The position numbers were made by a program, and so were the translations under genes. Positions 126,930 through 139,682 of a DNA stretch of 248,000 nucleotides are shown here, in pieces. How positions within the stretch are numbered: the stretch's first letter is position 1; the number at the start of each line of letters is the position of its first letter. The DNA comes from Wallemia ichthyophaga EXF-994 (taxonomy: Eukaryota > Fungi > Basidiomycota): positions 20,001-268,000 of the forward strand of contig NW_008806284.1 in the NCBI RefSeq assembly GCF_000400465.1. The letters are read 5' to 3'. The notes under the pieces were generated by a model. It had not been told where the DNA came from. It did no database searches and saw nothing but the letters and a program-made list of their open reading frames with translations.

Positions 126930-129555
126930 ACATTCTACACTGCTCCTCTAATGGCGGATTCATGATACTCCCCTGGGTGCAACCGAAAGCCTTTGCGAAT
127001 TCAGGTGTGTTGCGAAGTGTACCATCGACTCTCCATCTGTTATTGTTACGTGAGTCAGTATTCACGCCAGTCATATCTCAGTACTCACTTAGTTGGTGCG
127101 TGCGGATCCGTCTTGATACGCTTGAGGTTCTCTTCCAAGCGTGTCTTGCGCGCCCAGCCTCTAGCAAACGAGATAAAGAATAACTGTTCGTCGGTAAATT
127201 TGAGTCCTGGAAGTTTGGCAGATTCTTCAATCTCCTCTGCGTGCTTCCACGCGTTGTATGCCTGCACTAATCCCAGATCCCCTATAGCCTCGCCAATCAC
127301 GAAACGTCCGTTAACGTTGAGGTCCTTGCCATCGGGTCCTGGTACGGTGAACTGGTTGTATTGATTGATGATACACTCAGCTCTTTCTTCGAATGCCTTG
127401 ACTGTTTCGTCACTCCACCATGAACCATCGAAGATTAGTCTGCCGTCTGCTTCGTACTGACGTCCAGCTTGGTCAAAGGCATGACACAGCTCGTGCGCTG
127501 CTACACTGCCTGCTGATCCGTAATTAAGAACCTGCGGCCAATCCGCCTTGAAGAATGGTGGCTGGAGTATCCCAGCTGGGAAAACTATCTCGTTCTTTGA
127601 TGGCTGGTAGTAGGCATTGACTTCAGTTGGAAACATATCCCATTCGCCTTCGGCGACCTTACCTGCTTTCTGGAAGAGTCTGGCTGCGTCAGCTTCTTTA
127701 GCTCTCAGAGTGTTGCCGAACCAATCATCCTCAGTGATTTCGTTCATGTCGTAGTATCTGGCTAGATCAGTGGGGTCTGAAGTATTTGGATGGGCGGTTG
127801 GGTATCCGATCTTCTTGTTGTCGTGTAGTACTCTGGCTTTGTTAGCTGCCGCATCGACTGTCTTGTTATCCAACCATCCAAGACTTGGTAAGCGATTGAT
127901 GAACGCATCGATGATCCCATCTACTACTCCTTCAAAATTAGTCTTGCTCTCACCTGGGAAAGCTTCGAGGACAAATGGTCTGCCGGCTAAGAAACCAACT
128001 TGATCGACCACTCCGTTCAAGCAGTCGAGATCAATATCCTTCTCAGCCTTTGGGTCGGTGCCGCTCATTTTCGCTGTGAAATCATTAACTATCTTGGCCA
128101 TGTGGGTCTTTGGACTAAGTGAGGAGCCCAAATTGAGAACGATTCTGAGGAGGAAGTAAGTTTCGAGCGTGGCATCGTCGACTTCAAGGACACTGAAAGT
128201 ATGTTTAAGAACTAAGTCCTTTCATAAACCCCAACACACCTTGCTAAATCCTCAAAGTAGCTTGGGTTTGCTACGATAACTGGCTCTACTATAGAGTCGT
128301 CGTCACTTGTACCTTGCAGGGCAAAAAATTCATTCCAATATACGTATGGAGCAAGCTCAGAGAGCTCAGTTATGGTCTTGGGGTTGTACGTCTTGAGAGG
128401 GTTAGCTGAGTCAACCTGGCTCCAAGAGATTCTTGCGAGGTCTTGTTCAAATCTAGCGACATCGTTGGCTTTTCTCCTGAAGTAGCGTGTTGGGAGCTTA
128501 GGAGGTTTGTGATGTTTATTTTTTTTGCTCTTTTTGCTTTCCGTGATACCCTTGCTGTGAAAATCTCTTTCGTGAACAGCAACCAATATCTGATAAGTGA
128601 TTTCAGCGATAAGGTTTACATTGGCGTAGTCCTCATAGTAGTCTTTGTCGGGAAGTGATAAGGCATCGCTTTGAGATAGAACAAGTACCTGTCGGCTTGG
128701 ATCCTTGCCTACGTCGCCATCCAGTGAGAAAGAGAACAAACCGCCGATGTTCATAGATTGTAAAAAGGCGGTTGCATGAGTCAGCATGGTTTTGCGATAA
128801 TCGCCCTTCACCATGTGCCTTTGATGGATCACAGATTCGAAGTCGTCGAGTACATCGAGGATAGGCTCAGCGCCAAGCTTGTCTTGAACCTTAGTGTTAG
128901 TGCAAGAGTCGTAGAGAGTCTTGATAGATTTTAAGTTTTCTTTGTCTTGAGGAGAGTATTCTTGCGTGCCGACGTTATCAAAGACTGCTGATTTGACAGT
129001 TTGGATATTCCTATCGCCGAGCTCGTTGAATATGGAGTAAACGCTCTTTGAAGGTGGGATAGGGTGAGAATTAAGCCAGCCGCCATTAGCGTAATCGTAG
129101 AAAGAGTCGCATGGATCGATGGAAGTATCGACAGACTCGAGGATATCTTTTGCAGCTCTGAAGCAAGATCTGGTGAGGCAGAAATTGGATGACTACGATT
129201 GTTAGTGGGAAATAATTTATAAAGTGTTTGTGCTTACTGGTGGTTGTTCTGGCCGCTTAGGAGGATGCGTGGGTTGTGGTTTGCCAGGTTGTATGACAGT
129301 GACAGTCTCTTTAGATTCCTGCGCTCTCTTGTAATTAACTTCAGCGCCTGCAAATAAACCAACGAAAACGCTCATCAATACAACGAGCCCAACGATGACA
129401 GCGATGAGGATTCTATTCAGCTTTGAAATATTCTTTGGTGGCCCTAGTTCCTCTTTACGACGTCCATTCAGCAGTAGTGGCTCCCTTTCAAGTATCCCTG
129501 ACTGCCTCCTTGAATTTGAATGTGAGTTCATGGTGGTCGTAAGCCAAGACGTCAC
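126930..129555 (-). CDS. M13 (neprilysin/ECE-like) metallopeptidase, type II membrane
   Basis: VNAYY, HELCHAFD, GEAIGD, N-terminal TM. Confidence 0.93.
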
Positions 129556-129775
129556 CGCCAGCCAGATAAGGTGAGATTTGATGTTCAGGCTATATTTGAG
129601 AGGCAGAAATGATCATAAAATTGAGCCCAGTTCAATGACGTTTTCGGATTGTAAATATCTCCTGTCGATCACCCGTCGTCATCAAAATTTTCATGGACTA
129701 TACATACAGTCTTTCTAGGATTATTACATCTTTCAAAGCAACAATCATCATCTAAAGAAATACCTGGAAGATATA

Positions 129776-131135
129776 TGCAGTTGAAATACCTCATCACACT
129801 CGCAACCCTTGCGGCTTTTGCCTCTGCGAATTTGGTTCCGCACAACGTCGCTTACACGAAGAGATCTCCACAATACGAGTACGATACAGCGGCGTAAGTG
129901 GGTAATATTGAGACGATACAATCTAACACGCCTCAGACCATCTCCAGATTCACCTTCGCCATCACCAGCAGGTCCTGGAGACGATATCGCAATTTGTGTT
130001 AATAGTGAGTGAAATAATCACAGTTTGATAGCCAACAAAATTTATACATAGACTGCGACTCTAACGCTTACAAGAACAATGGAATTAATGGTAGTGGCGG
130101 TGGTATTGGCGCTGCCGGTGATTATAACGCTGGTGGCGATAATCCTGGTGGCAACAATCCTGGCAACGACAACAACGAAAATTCTCCCAACATCGGTGAC
130201 GACGACGCCAACGACAACAACAACAGAAACGATACTGCTCCATCGCCAACTACAAAGTACGTCGTCGTTGCACCTTCTCAGGGCGTTCTTCGCTTCGTTC
130301 CCTTTGCCATGCAAGCCGATGTCGGTGACAAAATTCAATTTACTTGGATGGCAAACAACCACGGAGTAACCAAATCTTCAATGACTGGTCTCTGTAACGC
130401 CACAGAGGATAAGCCATTCAAATCTCCTGTACAGAACGCAACCACTACGTTTGAGATTACTGTCGATACCACCGACCCAATGTTTTACTATTGCCCAGTT
130501 GGAAATGTGGGAAAGATTAATCATTATAATTAACACTGACAGTACATATAGCACTGTGCATCTGGTATGTACGGTATGATCAATCCACCAATGGCACCAG
130601 CCAACTTGTCAAACGTTGGTAATGCTATGAGTGATTGGGAGAAGGTCAGAGAGTAGCTCTGTGCCACTTCAACACCCTCTAACATCTCACTAGGACTCCA
130701 AGAATGCCATTATTATGAAGAACGCCGGTAATTTGATGAAGGATGCCAACATGACCACCGAGCAACTAAACTGGGGAAGCAACTGGATGGACATCGCGAG
130801 TGACAAAGATCAGTTGTCTTTGCTTATCGAGAATATTATGTGAGTAGTTGTATAATCAGAATTAACCCTCTGAAAATCGCAGCACCACGCGTCTCGCTAT
130901 TGCTTTGAATCCAGGCTGGACACCTGGAGCTGAGATTGATACTGGCAAGTTTAATACACCACCAGATATGAATACGCTTGCAGAGTCCAACACCGACGAC
131001 GATGAGACTGACGATGATCCTACTACTGATTCGAAAGACGGAGGTAGCTCAAATGACTCTGGATGCATCAGAAAGGAAGCCCAGATTACCAGTCTTATTT
131101 TCAGTTTAATTGCGGTTTTCGCATGTGTTCTTTAA
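129776..131135 (+). CDS. Secreted cupredoxin-like Ser/Asn-rich protein
   Basis: Signal; VVAP..FVPFA..VGDKIQF..NHGVT; YYCPVG.HC..GM. Confidence 0.75.
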
Positions 131136-132590
131136 GTTTAATGAATACTCTTTTCAATATTTACATCTACGCGGTCAGGTTTAAATGCCAGGATGGCCTG
131201 AATAACGGTCGTGGATGTTAAATGTCAATAGTACCTGGGTCTTTATGTGCTAAATGAGCTGATCTGGTAAATTTCACATGCAATTGTTATCCTCTTAAGA
131301 TGTGTAGGACTGAACATGTTTCAGATAAGGGCATCAAACTGCAAAGAAGGTGGCTAAGCTGAAGAATACAAATTGCTGAAAAACCTACAGACAGAAACAC
131401 CCTTGCTTAGCTGTATATGCGCATTTGTACTTCATCCAGCACACATCTCCTTATCGACAAAGCGGTGCGAAGGAAACTACCAAACTTAGAGAACTGAAAA
131501 CCAAATTATAGCACACAGGTAATTAACTCGATATTCGTTTTATTCGCCTTTTCACCACAATCCACCGGGCTTAATACTTTAATGTTAGTCCAATCCCAAA
131601 CTTGATGTATATCCCAAGTAATCCTCATGGAGAAGTTTTCGCTAAAGTGGATTAACAATCTCATTAGCGACAGATACTCGTTAAGAATTGATAGATCTTG
131701 CGGTTCAGGGTATTATCCGCTTGTGCCAAGTTGGCAGAATAACCAAAAGACCCACTTCTCTTTCAGGCGTGGAAGAGTCATGTGTTCGAATCAAGGTGGT
131801 CGTAAATATTGCTGAATCAACTTTCTGATGATAAACTACGCGTCTTCCACCCTGCGTGCATCCGTGATCACCAAAGCAATCGCCGATGTTTGGAACTTCT
131901 ATCTGACGAATGTGTGGTTGGATCTAGTCAGGCGTGATCAACTGACTGAGTGTCTGCTGAAGTTAACAACATCATAAAGGAACACCACCGCAGTGATTGT
132001 CCCCCCCACTTCGACCGCCCATCCTGCCGACAAACACGCACTCGATTATGTCGCTGGCGTCATAAGCGTACAAACAGAAGAGACAAGACGCTTGCGACCA
132101 TCTCTATGCGTTTAAAATCAACAAAAATCGCTAATAACCTCATATTTGACATTCGATATCTGAGTGACATCATGTCGTCCACCCACATTATCGCCGAATC
132201 GCTTATCCTGATGGTCCGGTAAGGAATTCCTGATGTCACATCAGGATGTCCTTTGATTGCAGATAAAGTTGCTCTGACTATCCCACTTTCTTCGCGTCCC
132301 TATGTGGTTCGCAGGAATGCATAACAGCATGCCTGAGATATAGGAATGTTGGTTGTGATACTCCTCTTTAAATGTTACTGCATGAAAAGATTATATCCCA
132401 TCTTCAAGAAGGCCTTTTCTTTTAATGTGGATAAAATAAATAACCGTAACAGCTTTATACGGAGTAAATGAATCTCACACGGATTTCACTGCTTGATGGA
132501 CTATCGAAGACAATCTAAATAGCCTGCCTTGTCCAGGATTCGAACAAAGGTCGTACAGGTCCTCGCCTCAAAACAAAAGGCAAAAAATGT

Positions 132591-132671
132591 TCGCGTACCG
132601 GGAATCGAACCCGGCTCTTCGGTGGTCTTTCAAGTGAAAAACCGATATGATAACCACTACACCATACACGA
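132591..132671 (-). tRNA. tRNA-Glu(TTC) with short intron
   Basis: Acceptor TCGTGTA/TACGCGA, anticodon stem TCGGT/ACCGA, TTC anticodon, ~10-nt intron after 37, GGTTCGATTCC T-loop. Confidence 0.92.
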
Positions 132672-133620
132672 CTGATACTTTTGCTTCACCAAAAAAATAC
132701 TTAACTTCAAGATTGACAGAAATCAAAGCGTACTTATTGCAAATTTTCATGGCTTGTTAGTCTTTATTAGTATAAGCGAAACAGCACAAGAATGCCTTTA
132801 ATTTCCGGCAAGACTGACTCATCGATTGTTTCTCAAAGCCTAAATAATCATTCGAGTAGCAATAGTAAACTGGCCACTTTGTGCGTTTGTAGGGGATTGA
132901 GGATGGTCCCGATCTGCGCGAACACATCCAACTATGATCCAGTCGAAACCAACACTGCCCTATCATTCGTAGCTCACAACTTGAGACGAAAGAATTAATC
133001 AACATGGTGGGTGCGTAGGAATGACGTGGTGGACTACCTAAGAAGTCGTGCATATTGTCGGTGTTAAGTGACTTGGACCTGTTTTGATATCAGCAGACCG
133101 AGCCGAGAAGCATTGTATTGCCGGTGCTAGTGTTTGGCAGGAATACTCAGCGGAAGAAGGTGAAAGGTGCCGATACGCAAATAGTGCACGCCAGTATCGG
133201 CAAAGGTGGTATTCGAATTGTTAGCCGTGAGTGTGCTGCTGAATAGTTCCTGAGAGATAGGGCGATGAACGTGTATGGTGAGGGTGCAGGTGACAAGGGT
133301 GATGAGACGATAGGGTGGTAAAGTGTAAATGCAGCTATTCACATGCATTGAACGAACTTGCAATGGATATTCTTTCACCAAAAATAGAGCAGTGTTAATC
133401 AGTTACCACCGGCTACGTATCGTAAGCAGTTACTGCTGATCGAGTAGTGAGACATTCCGATAAACAAAGCACAGGAATCAAATTGATTGAATCGGAAAAT
133501 ATATCGGAGTCGGCATCATGCACTGTGAATGTATCGAGATATCGAAATATCCAGGTACACAGTCGTGTGGATGCGGACAGGGATTTTAGAGAGGTTGTGC
133601 ACTGTTCGCTGGAGTGCTAT

Positions 133621-133650
133621 AATGCTCCAATGCTCCAATGCTCCAATGCT
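133621..133650. repeat. (AATGCTCC)n 8-mer tandem repeat containing three CCAAT
   Basis: aatgctccaatgctccaatgctccaatgct. Confidence 0.7.
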
Positions 133651-134191
133651 AAAAATGATAGCCAGCGTAATCACCACTCTGTGCGGATTGGAGGATGCAA
133701 TATTGAGTGCTAGCGTCAGCTGCTGAGCTTAAGCAAGCCTGAACAACCCGCCAAGTGATAAAGGGCTATTTTTAGTTTATTTTACAAGATGATTCATTGG
133801 GGTTTGAATATGTTTAAGAGGGTGGAGGGGTGCATGGGCCTCTAAATGGGCCTCTGCGAATGAAATGTCGAATAATTATTGTGCCAGTGAGATATATTCA
133901 CGCGTTAGCGCGTTTACGTATTCGCGTTTCAACTCGCGCTCGTTCCGTTCTTGAAAAATCTTCAAACAGGGCGAGGAGGGGAGTGAATTGGAGTGATATA
134001 CGAGATATTCACAGAAAACGCACAAAGCCAGCTTATTTTTGGCATTTTTTTCCTTTATTTTAGGTTCCCGCAGCAGAAAACGTAAATGGGGACTGGCGGA
134101 CGTTCTTCTCTCTTTAACACGAACTACGAGGAAGTGAGTTTTGCGTGTTTCTACCGTGAGAGCAGAACTGACGCGTAATAGAAGTAGAAAA

Positions 134192-135741
134192 ATGTCTTTG
134201 AACACATCAAACACGTCGTCGATCAAGCGCCAACCATCTGCAACCGACTTCAAGTCAGCTACTACAAATGTATCTTCACGCTCCATGAAGCAGGAATTAG
134301 ATAATCTTGTTCAAGTGAGTGGGTTAGGGAGCGTACAAAGCATTCTAACGCGCCCCTTCAGTCAGTTGAAGACCCAACAAAGAAAAAGCAATTCAAGGCT
134401 GAAATGGATGGCTTCTACAACCTTTTTAACCGCTTCCTCGATGAGAAGGCTAGAGGTGAGAAGATCCAATGGGACAAAATCAGACCACCAGCAGCAGAGC
134501 AAGTAAGACCATACTCAGACCTTCCAAAAGCCAGCGACCACTCAATTCTCGATAAATTGGCTGTGTTGAAGCTTAACGGTGGCTTGGGTACTACCATGGG
134601 TTGCGTCGGGCCAAAATCCATCATCGAAGTGAGAGACGGTATGACTTTCTTGGATTTGTCAGTGAGACAAATCGAGCATCTCAACTCAGCTTACAACGTC
134701 AACGTCCCATTCATCTTGATGAATTCGTTCAACACTCACGAAGACACCAAGCGTCTTATCCAAAAGTATGAAGACCACAACATCCAGATTCTCACTTTCA
134801 ACCAATCATGCTACCCAAGATTCGGCAGAGAGAGTCTTCTCCCAACTGCCAGAGATTTGGACTCACCAAAGGACAACTGGTACCCACCAGGACACGGAGA
134901 TATCTTTGAGGCACTCTACAACTCCGGTTTGCTCGATGAGCTTATCAACGCAGGCAAGGAGTATATATTCGTATCAAACGTAGACAATTTGGGTGCTGTT
135001 GTCGATCTCAACATCTACCAACACATGATCGACTCACAAGCCGAGTACTTTATGGAGGTTACTGACAAGACCAAGGCGGATGTGAAAGGTGGTACCATCA
135101 TCGATTACGAAGGACAAGCGCGTCTGTTGGAGGTTGCGCAAGTGCCAAAGGAGCACGTCGAGGAGTTCAAGAGTATCAGCAAGTTCAAGATATTCAACAC
135201 GAACAACTTGTGGATGAACCTGAAGGCAATCAAGAGAGTTGTAGAGAACAACCAGTTGAGCTTGGAGGTGATTATTAACAACAAGGCACTCGATAATGGT
135301 ACACCGGTTATTCAGCTGGAAACAGCTGTCGGAGCAGCTATTAAGCACTTCAAGGGCGCAGCTGGTATCAACGTACCTAGATCAAGATTCTTGCCTGTCA
135401 AGTCTTGCTCTGACTTGCTCCTCATCACATCAGACCTCTTCAGCTTGGAGCATGGTGTGCTGAAGCGCAACCCTAAGAGAGTGTTCGATACCACACCAGT
135501 TATCAAGCTCGGAGATACTTTCAAGAAGGTGGCTAACTTCCAGGGTAGATTTAAGTCTATCCCGAATGTGTTGGAGCTCGACCACTTGACTGTGTCTGGA
135601 GATGTTGTCTTTGGAAAGAATGTGGTGCTCAAGGGCTCGGTTATTATCGTTGCAAATGAGGGCAACAGGATTATCCTCCCAGACAACTCAGTGATTGAGA
135701 ACAAGCTGGTGACTGGTAACCTTGCCATTATCGACCACTAG
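134192..135741 (+). CDS. UGP1: UTP-glucose-1-phosphate uridylyltransferase
   Basis: [26 protein letters not shown]. Confidence 0.98.
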
Positions 135742-135850
135742 AGAGGTTATTTATAAGACACAATATTCCCAGTACATCCTAATTGATTTTTACATTTCAG
135801 ACTGCTTTGGTAGGTGTGGATGATTGCATATTGCATTAAAATAATTGCCT

Positions 135851-137344
135851 TTAAAACTCGTACAATTCTGGTTTATCTGACTGGAATGCGACTCTCCTGG
135901 GGCCTTTAGAGGGGGCTTTAGAGGGAGGAAAGGTGACTTTGGGAGTGTTCTGTGTGTTCTGTGTGTTGTGTGTATTCTGTGTGTGTGCTTGAGCACCGCC
136001 CTCTATTTGCACACTACCGTCATCATGAGTGCACTCACTGCTATGAATATGTTCCAAGTGCTCGTGCTCATGCAGCTGCTCCTGCTGCTCCTCCATCTCC
136101 TGCTCATTAGCCCGTTTAACTCTCTCACTAGTATCCTGCACACCAGCAGCGGATTTGCTTGGAGTGGTACGTCTCTCGCCGACGCCACCCTCAACATCGA
136201 GATGAAGAGTCTCAATGACAAGGCGCCTTCTACGCAACTTAAAAGCTAGGTTATTATCACCGGCCACGAGTCCACCCCGCAAAACGCTATGGCGGTCACT
136301 AGGTGCCGTCAGAGCGTGCACAGCAGGGCGGGCGAGGCAATGAAGGAGACCATGACTAGGTGCGAAAGCGCGTGCGCGATGTGGCGCATCGCTGAAACTC
136401 TCCAAAGCTACACAGCCATCTACGACATGCAGCAGCTGAGGTAACACCCCACCCACCCCCTGCAAAGTCTGCATGTGCGCGGACGTGTAGATGGTCGTGT
136501 AGGGCGTCGTGCGTGCGAGGTGGCGCAGCTTGTAGAAGAACCGATACAGCACTCCGTCGCCGTCGCTGTCACCGTACCACAGACTGCCGACGTTGCGCAC
136601 TACGATGCGCAACATGTTGGGCGCGTGTGTGTGTCCGTTTGCGTCTGCTTGCGCTTGCGTACCTGCATGGCGCTTGCAGGCTGCTTCTATGCGTGCGAGG
136701 ATGGCTGTGTAAGAACTCGCCTCGCCCTCACTCCCACTCCCACCAACATCATCGTCCACATCCACTCCCACCTCCTCCAGCAACCCGCGCTCGCGTGCGT
136801 GGGCGAGAGTGTGTGCGGGGATTGTCTGTGTGAGGTCGAAAGTACTGAGGAACGAGCTTTCGTCGCTGCCGTTACTATTGCTAGGCGTGTTGATTGAAGT
136901 TTCGAAGCGCTTCATGTGCGTGTATCGCCAAGCGATGGTGCTGTCTCCGCGGCCTTGGGTGTGCTTGGGAGTGTGAGTGTCCTCCTTATCCGAATCATTT
137001 TCCTGCTCTTGCTGCTGCTCCTTGCCGCCCTGCTCACTCAGCGGCAACCACATGGCACTGTTCGCAGCGAGCCCGACGGAGAGGACGGCGTGTTGGGCTG
137101 CGATGCCCTGTGCTAGATAGTACCGAAGTAGAATATCGGCGTATGCGGCGTGTGGGTCCGTTTCCACAACCAGCGTGAGCGAGTGGTCACTCAGCCCTAA
137201 TCCACCTCGCCCGCCTGCGCTGCCTGTGTACACATCGTCTAGGGCCGCACTCCCACTGCTTACGTGCGCCAATCCGCTCGCTGGCGATACCTTCGTTCCC
137301 CTTATGCGCCTCGCGTGCTTCTCGTCTCGCCGTTTGAAAGAGGA
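135851..137344 (-). CDS. ELP4: Elongator subunit Elp4
   Basis: VSSGSAALDDV, IAWRY, NLAFKLRRRRLVIETLHLD. Confidence 0.9.
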   Translation of the reverse strand, partial: SSFKRRDEKHARRIRGTKVSPASGLAHVSSGSAALDDVYTGSAGGRGGLGLSDHSLTLVVETDPHAAYADILLRYYLAQGIAAQHAVLSVGLAANSAMWLPLSEQGGKEQQQEQENDSDKEDTHTPKHTQGRGDSTIAWRYTHMKRFETSINTPSNSNGSDESSFLSTFDLTQTIPAHTLAHARERGLLEEVGVDVDDDVGGSGSEGEASSYTAILARIEAACKRHAGTQAQADANGHTHAPNMLRIVVRNVGSLWYGDSDGDGVLYRFFYKLRHLARTTPYTTIYTSAHMQTLQGVGGVLPQLLHVVDGCVALESFSDAPHRARAFAPSHGLLHCLARPAVHALTAPSDRHSVLRGGLVAGDNNLAFKLRRRRLVIETLHLDVEGGVGERRTTPSKSAAGVQDTSERVKRANEQEMEEQQEQLHEHEHLEHIHSSECTHDDGSVQIEGGAQAHTQNTHNTQNTQNTPKVTFPPSKAPSKGPRRVAFQSDKPELYEF

Positions 137345-137458
137345 CATGGTGGTGCGGAGAGAAGACATGCACACGATTACCCAAGAGAAAGACAAAGAGA
137401 ATAAGAATAGAATATGAATAAGAAATGAATATATCTACTGCAACTGCACTGCAACTGC

Positions 137459-138562
137459 TTAAACACCCTGCAGAGAAGACGGGTGGGTCATAGCGACACC
137501 GACTTCACAGACATCCTTCAGTCTCCTGCTAACACAGTCCATCTGTCCCTGCAAGACGAGGCTGGGCAGTTTAGTTGGTTCTTGGGGGAGTTTGAAAGCG
137601 CGTGCAATGTCAGCCTCACTGAGAGCACCGAGTCCCTGGCTAGCACGCTGTTGCTGCAGCTTGCTAATTTGACCCTCAACCTTGCTCCTCTCTCTGAGTG
137701 CGTGTCTGTGGGCGAAAGCGAGCTGCGACTGCTCGTCTCTGTACGCATCGACGCTGTCGACCAGGCTGTCTACGTTGCCCTGCAGTGGGGACTCGAGGTT
137801 GATCTCAAGTGTTTTGGAGGGGTTGCGGGCGAGAGTGGTGCGTTTGTCCAAGTGTTGAGCATGAGGAGTGGCCAGGGACTGTACATACGCGCTGGTCAGC
137901 GCCGACGCCTTGATTTCCACGGGAAACTCGATGAGGATTTGGTGGAAAGTGAGCTGGTTCTCGGTAAGACACCTCTCAGTGAACTGGTTATTGCGAAGAG
138001 CGTGAACAAAGTGCTCAGCAAGTCTGTATGCTCTGAGGTTGAGATTGCCGTTGCGAGCGGAAGATTGGTCGTACACCAATACGAAGCCCTTGTTCTTGCC
138101 GAGACCACTGAGGAGTGGCGCGTAGCTGATTAGAGTCTCGCTAATGGTGGCACCATACTCTACAGCCATGTACACAGCGACAGGCTGGTCATCGAGGTCA
138201 GCGTCGTGGAGGTTACGACACATTTTGGCGTTGTATTGGTTGCGCAGAATTTTGGCTTTGCGCTCGTCTTCTTCGGAAGAGCCGAGGAATGGCTGGTAGG
138301 AGGGGAAGGCGTTGGAAATCTCGAGCGTCTGGAGTAAATCGAGGCCGAGACAAATGCCGGTGGAGCTTGTACCGGCTTCAGAGGCATGTTTGGCAATCTT
138401 GGACAGAGCGAGGCTGTCGACGGAGATTTTGTCGACAGGTGCAGAATCGTGGACAGCGTTCTGGAGATGAAGAGGAAGAGATATGCGGTGATCGTTGTCG
138501 TGTTGAGCAGCCAAAGCATTCTGCGAGGCTTCTTTCGCGGCGAGTCTCGAGGCTAACGACAT
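137459..138562 (-). CDS. eIF3 subunit h
   Basis: MPN-like LALSKIAKHA, GNLNLRAYRL, FKLPQEPTKL. Confidence 0.8.
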   Translation of the reverse strand: MSLASRLAAKEASQNALAAQHDNDHRISLPLHLQNAVHDSAPVDKISVDSLALSKIAKHASEAGTSSTGICLGLDLLQTLEISNAFPSYQPFLGSSEEDERKAKILRNQYNAKMCRNLHDADLDDQPVAVYMAVEYGATISETLISYAPLLSGLGKNKGFVLVYDQSSARNGNLNLRAYRLAEHFVHALRNNQFTERCLTENQLTFHQILIEFPVEIKASALTSAYVQSLATPHAQHLDKRTTLARNPSKTLEINLESPLQGNVDSLVDSVDAYRDEQSQLAFAHRHALRERSKVEGQISKLQQQRASQGLGALSEADIARAFKLPQEPTKLPSLVLQGQMDCVSRRLKDVCEVGVAMTHPSSLQGV

Positions 138563-138628
138563 GATGGATGGTTGTGGTTAACGTTCAAGGGGAAAGAGAA
138601 ATAAAAATGGAATTATCAAAGGAGGAAT

Positions 138629-139309
138629 ATGACAGTGAGCAGATCAGGTGGGTTGGCTGTGTCTTTATCGGTGGTCTTCTCTGATTGGTCAAGGCTTATG
138701 GAGGAACGGTGCATACTGCTCAACCCAGATGATTCAATTGCTGGGGATGTTTCAAAGAAGGAATGTCATCTCATGTCGAATATAGAGAAAGGAATGCTTC
138801 ATAGGGCTTTCTCAACTTTCTTATTCCGAGAGAGTGATGGCAGGTTACTCATGCAGAAACGTGCCCAAGAGAAGATAACTTTCCCTGGTTTATGGACAAA
138901 CACCTGCTGTAGTCATCCACTCAGCGTTGTTAGCGAGATGGATGGCGTTCTCGGCGGCAAAAGAGCAGCAGTTAGAAAGTTAGATCATGAATTGGGGATT
139001 AACCAGATCAACGTCGATGACCTCGACTTCCTCACTAAAATTCACTACTTGGCGCCTTCAGATGGCCTTTGGGGGGAACATGAGATTGACTACATATACT
139101 TTGTCAAGAAAGATGTCTCTGTGGAGGTGAATGAAAACGAAGTCAGTGATATTAGATGGGTTAGCGTGGATGAGTTGAAGGAGATGCTGTCAGATGGTTA
139201 CTCCCAGTTCACCCCATGGTTTAGGATTATCGTTGAAAATTTTCTATTCAAGTGGTGGGAGAAAGGGGCAGAAGCCAGTCAAGATGGTTTGTTACACCGA
139301 CTCATTTAA
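138629..139309 (+). CDS. IDI1: Isopentenyl-diphosphate isomerase
   Basis: LHRAFSTFLF, TNTCCSHP, WGEHEIDY. Confidence 0.96.
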   Translation: MTVSRSGGLAVSLSVVFSDWSRLMEERCILLNPDDSIAGDVSKKECHLMSNIEKGMLHRAFSTFLFRESDGRLLMQKRAQEKITFPGLWTNTCCSHPLSVVSEMDGVLGGKRAAVRKLDHELGINQINVDDLDFLTKIHYLAPSDGLWGEHEIDYIYFVKKDVSVEVNENEVSDIRWVSVDELKEMLSDGYSQFTPWFRIIVENFLFKWWEKGAEASQDGLLHRLI

Positions 139310-139645
139310 GAAGTTTGAAATGTGATTGAGTAGTTTTGAGGAAGTGTTTGTCGTTGTGATGTAATCTTGGTTGTTGTTCTCCGTAGTGTGGTTGGTTGTA
139401 GTGGGGAGATGATCAACCAACACCTTGAATTGGTTAGACTGTTTAATCAAATCGGTTGTGAGTTCGAATATGGCTGAGTGTAGTTCATTCTCATTTAATT
139501 GATTTGGGTTGCTGTGAGTAATATCAAATTCTTGGTTTACTTGTTTAAACTGCGATTTATCTGTAGCGAAATTGATTGTTGAGTAGATGACCATTATAAT
139601 ACTATCCAGTGTGAGCTGCATCTGCGTCAGTCTGTCCATTTCCAT
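139292..139645 (-). CDS. SRB7: Mediator subunit Med21
   Basis: MDRLTQMQ..LD, DLIKQSNQFKVLVDHLP. Confidence 0.75.
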   Translation of the reverse strand: MEMDRLTQMQLTLDSIIMVIYSTINFATDKSQFKQVNQEFDITHSNPNQLNENELHSAIFELTTDLIKQSNQFKVLVDHLPTTTNHTTENNNQDYITTTNTSSKLLNHISNFLNESV

Positions 139646-139682
139646 TTTATACGTTGATGATGGCTGTTGGTTGTCAACGTCG

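Noticed and set aside
132520-132545. B-box-like GTTCGAATCCTGG next to tRNA-Glu
   Set aside because: No cloverleaf can be folded around it.
137483-138133. 216-aa antisense ORF over eIF3h
   Set aside because: Fully nested on the opposite strand with no recognisable domain.
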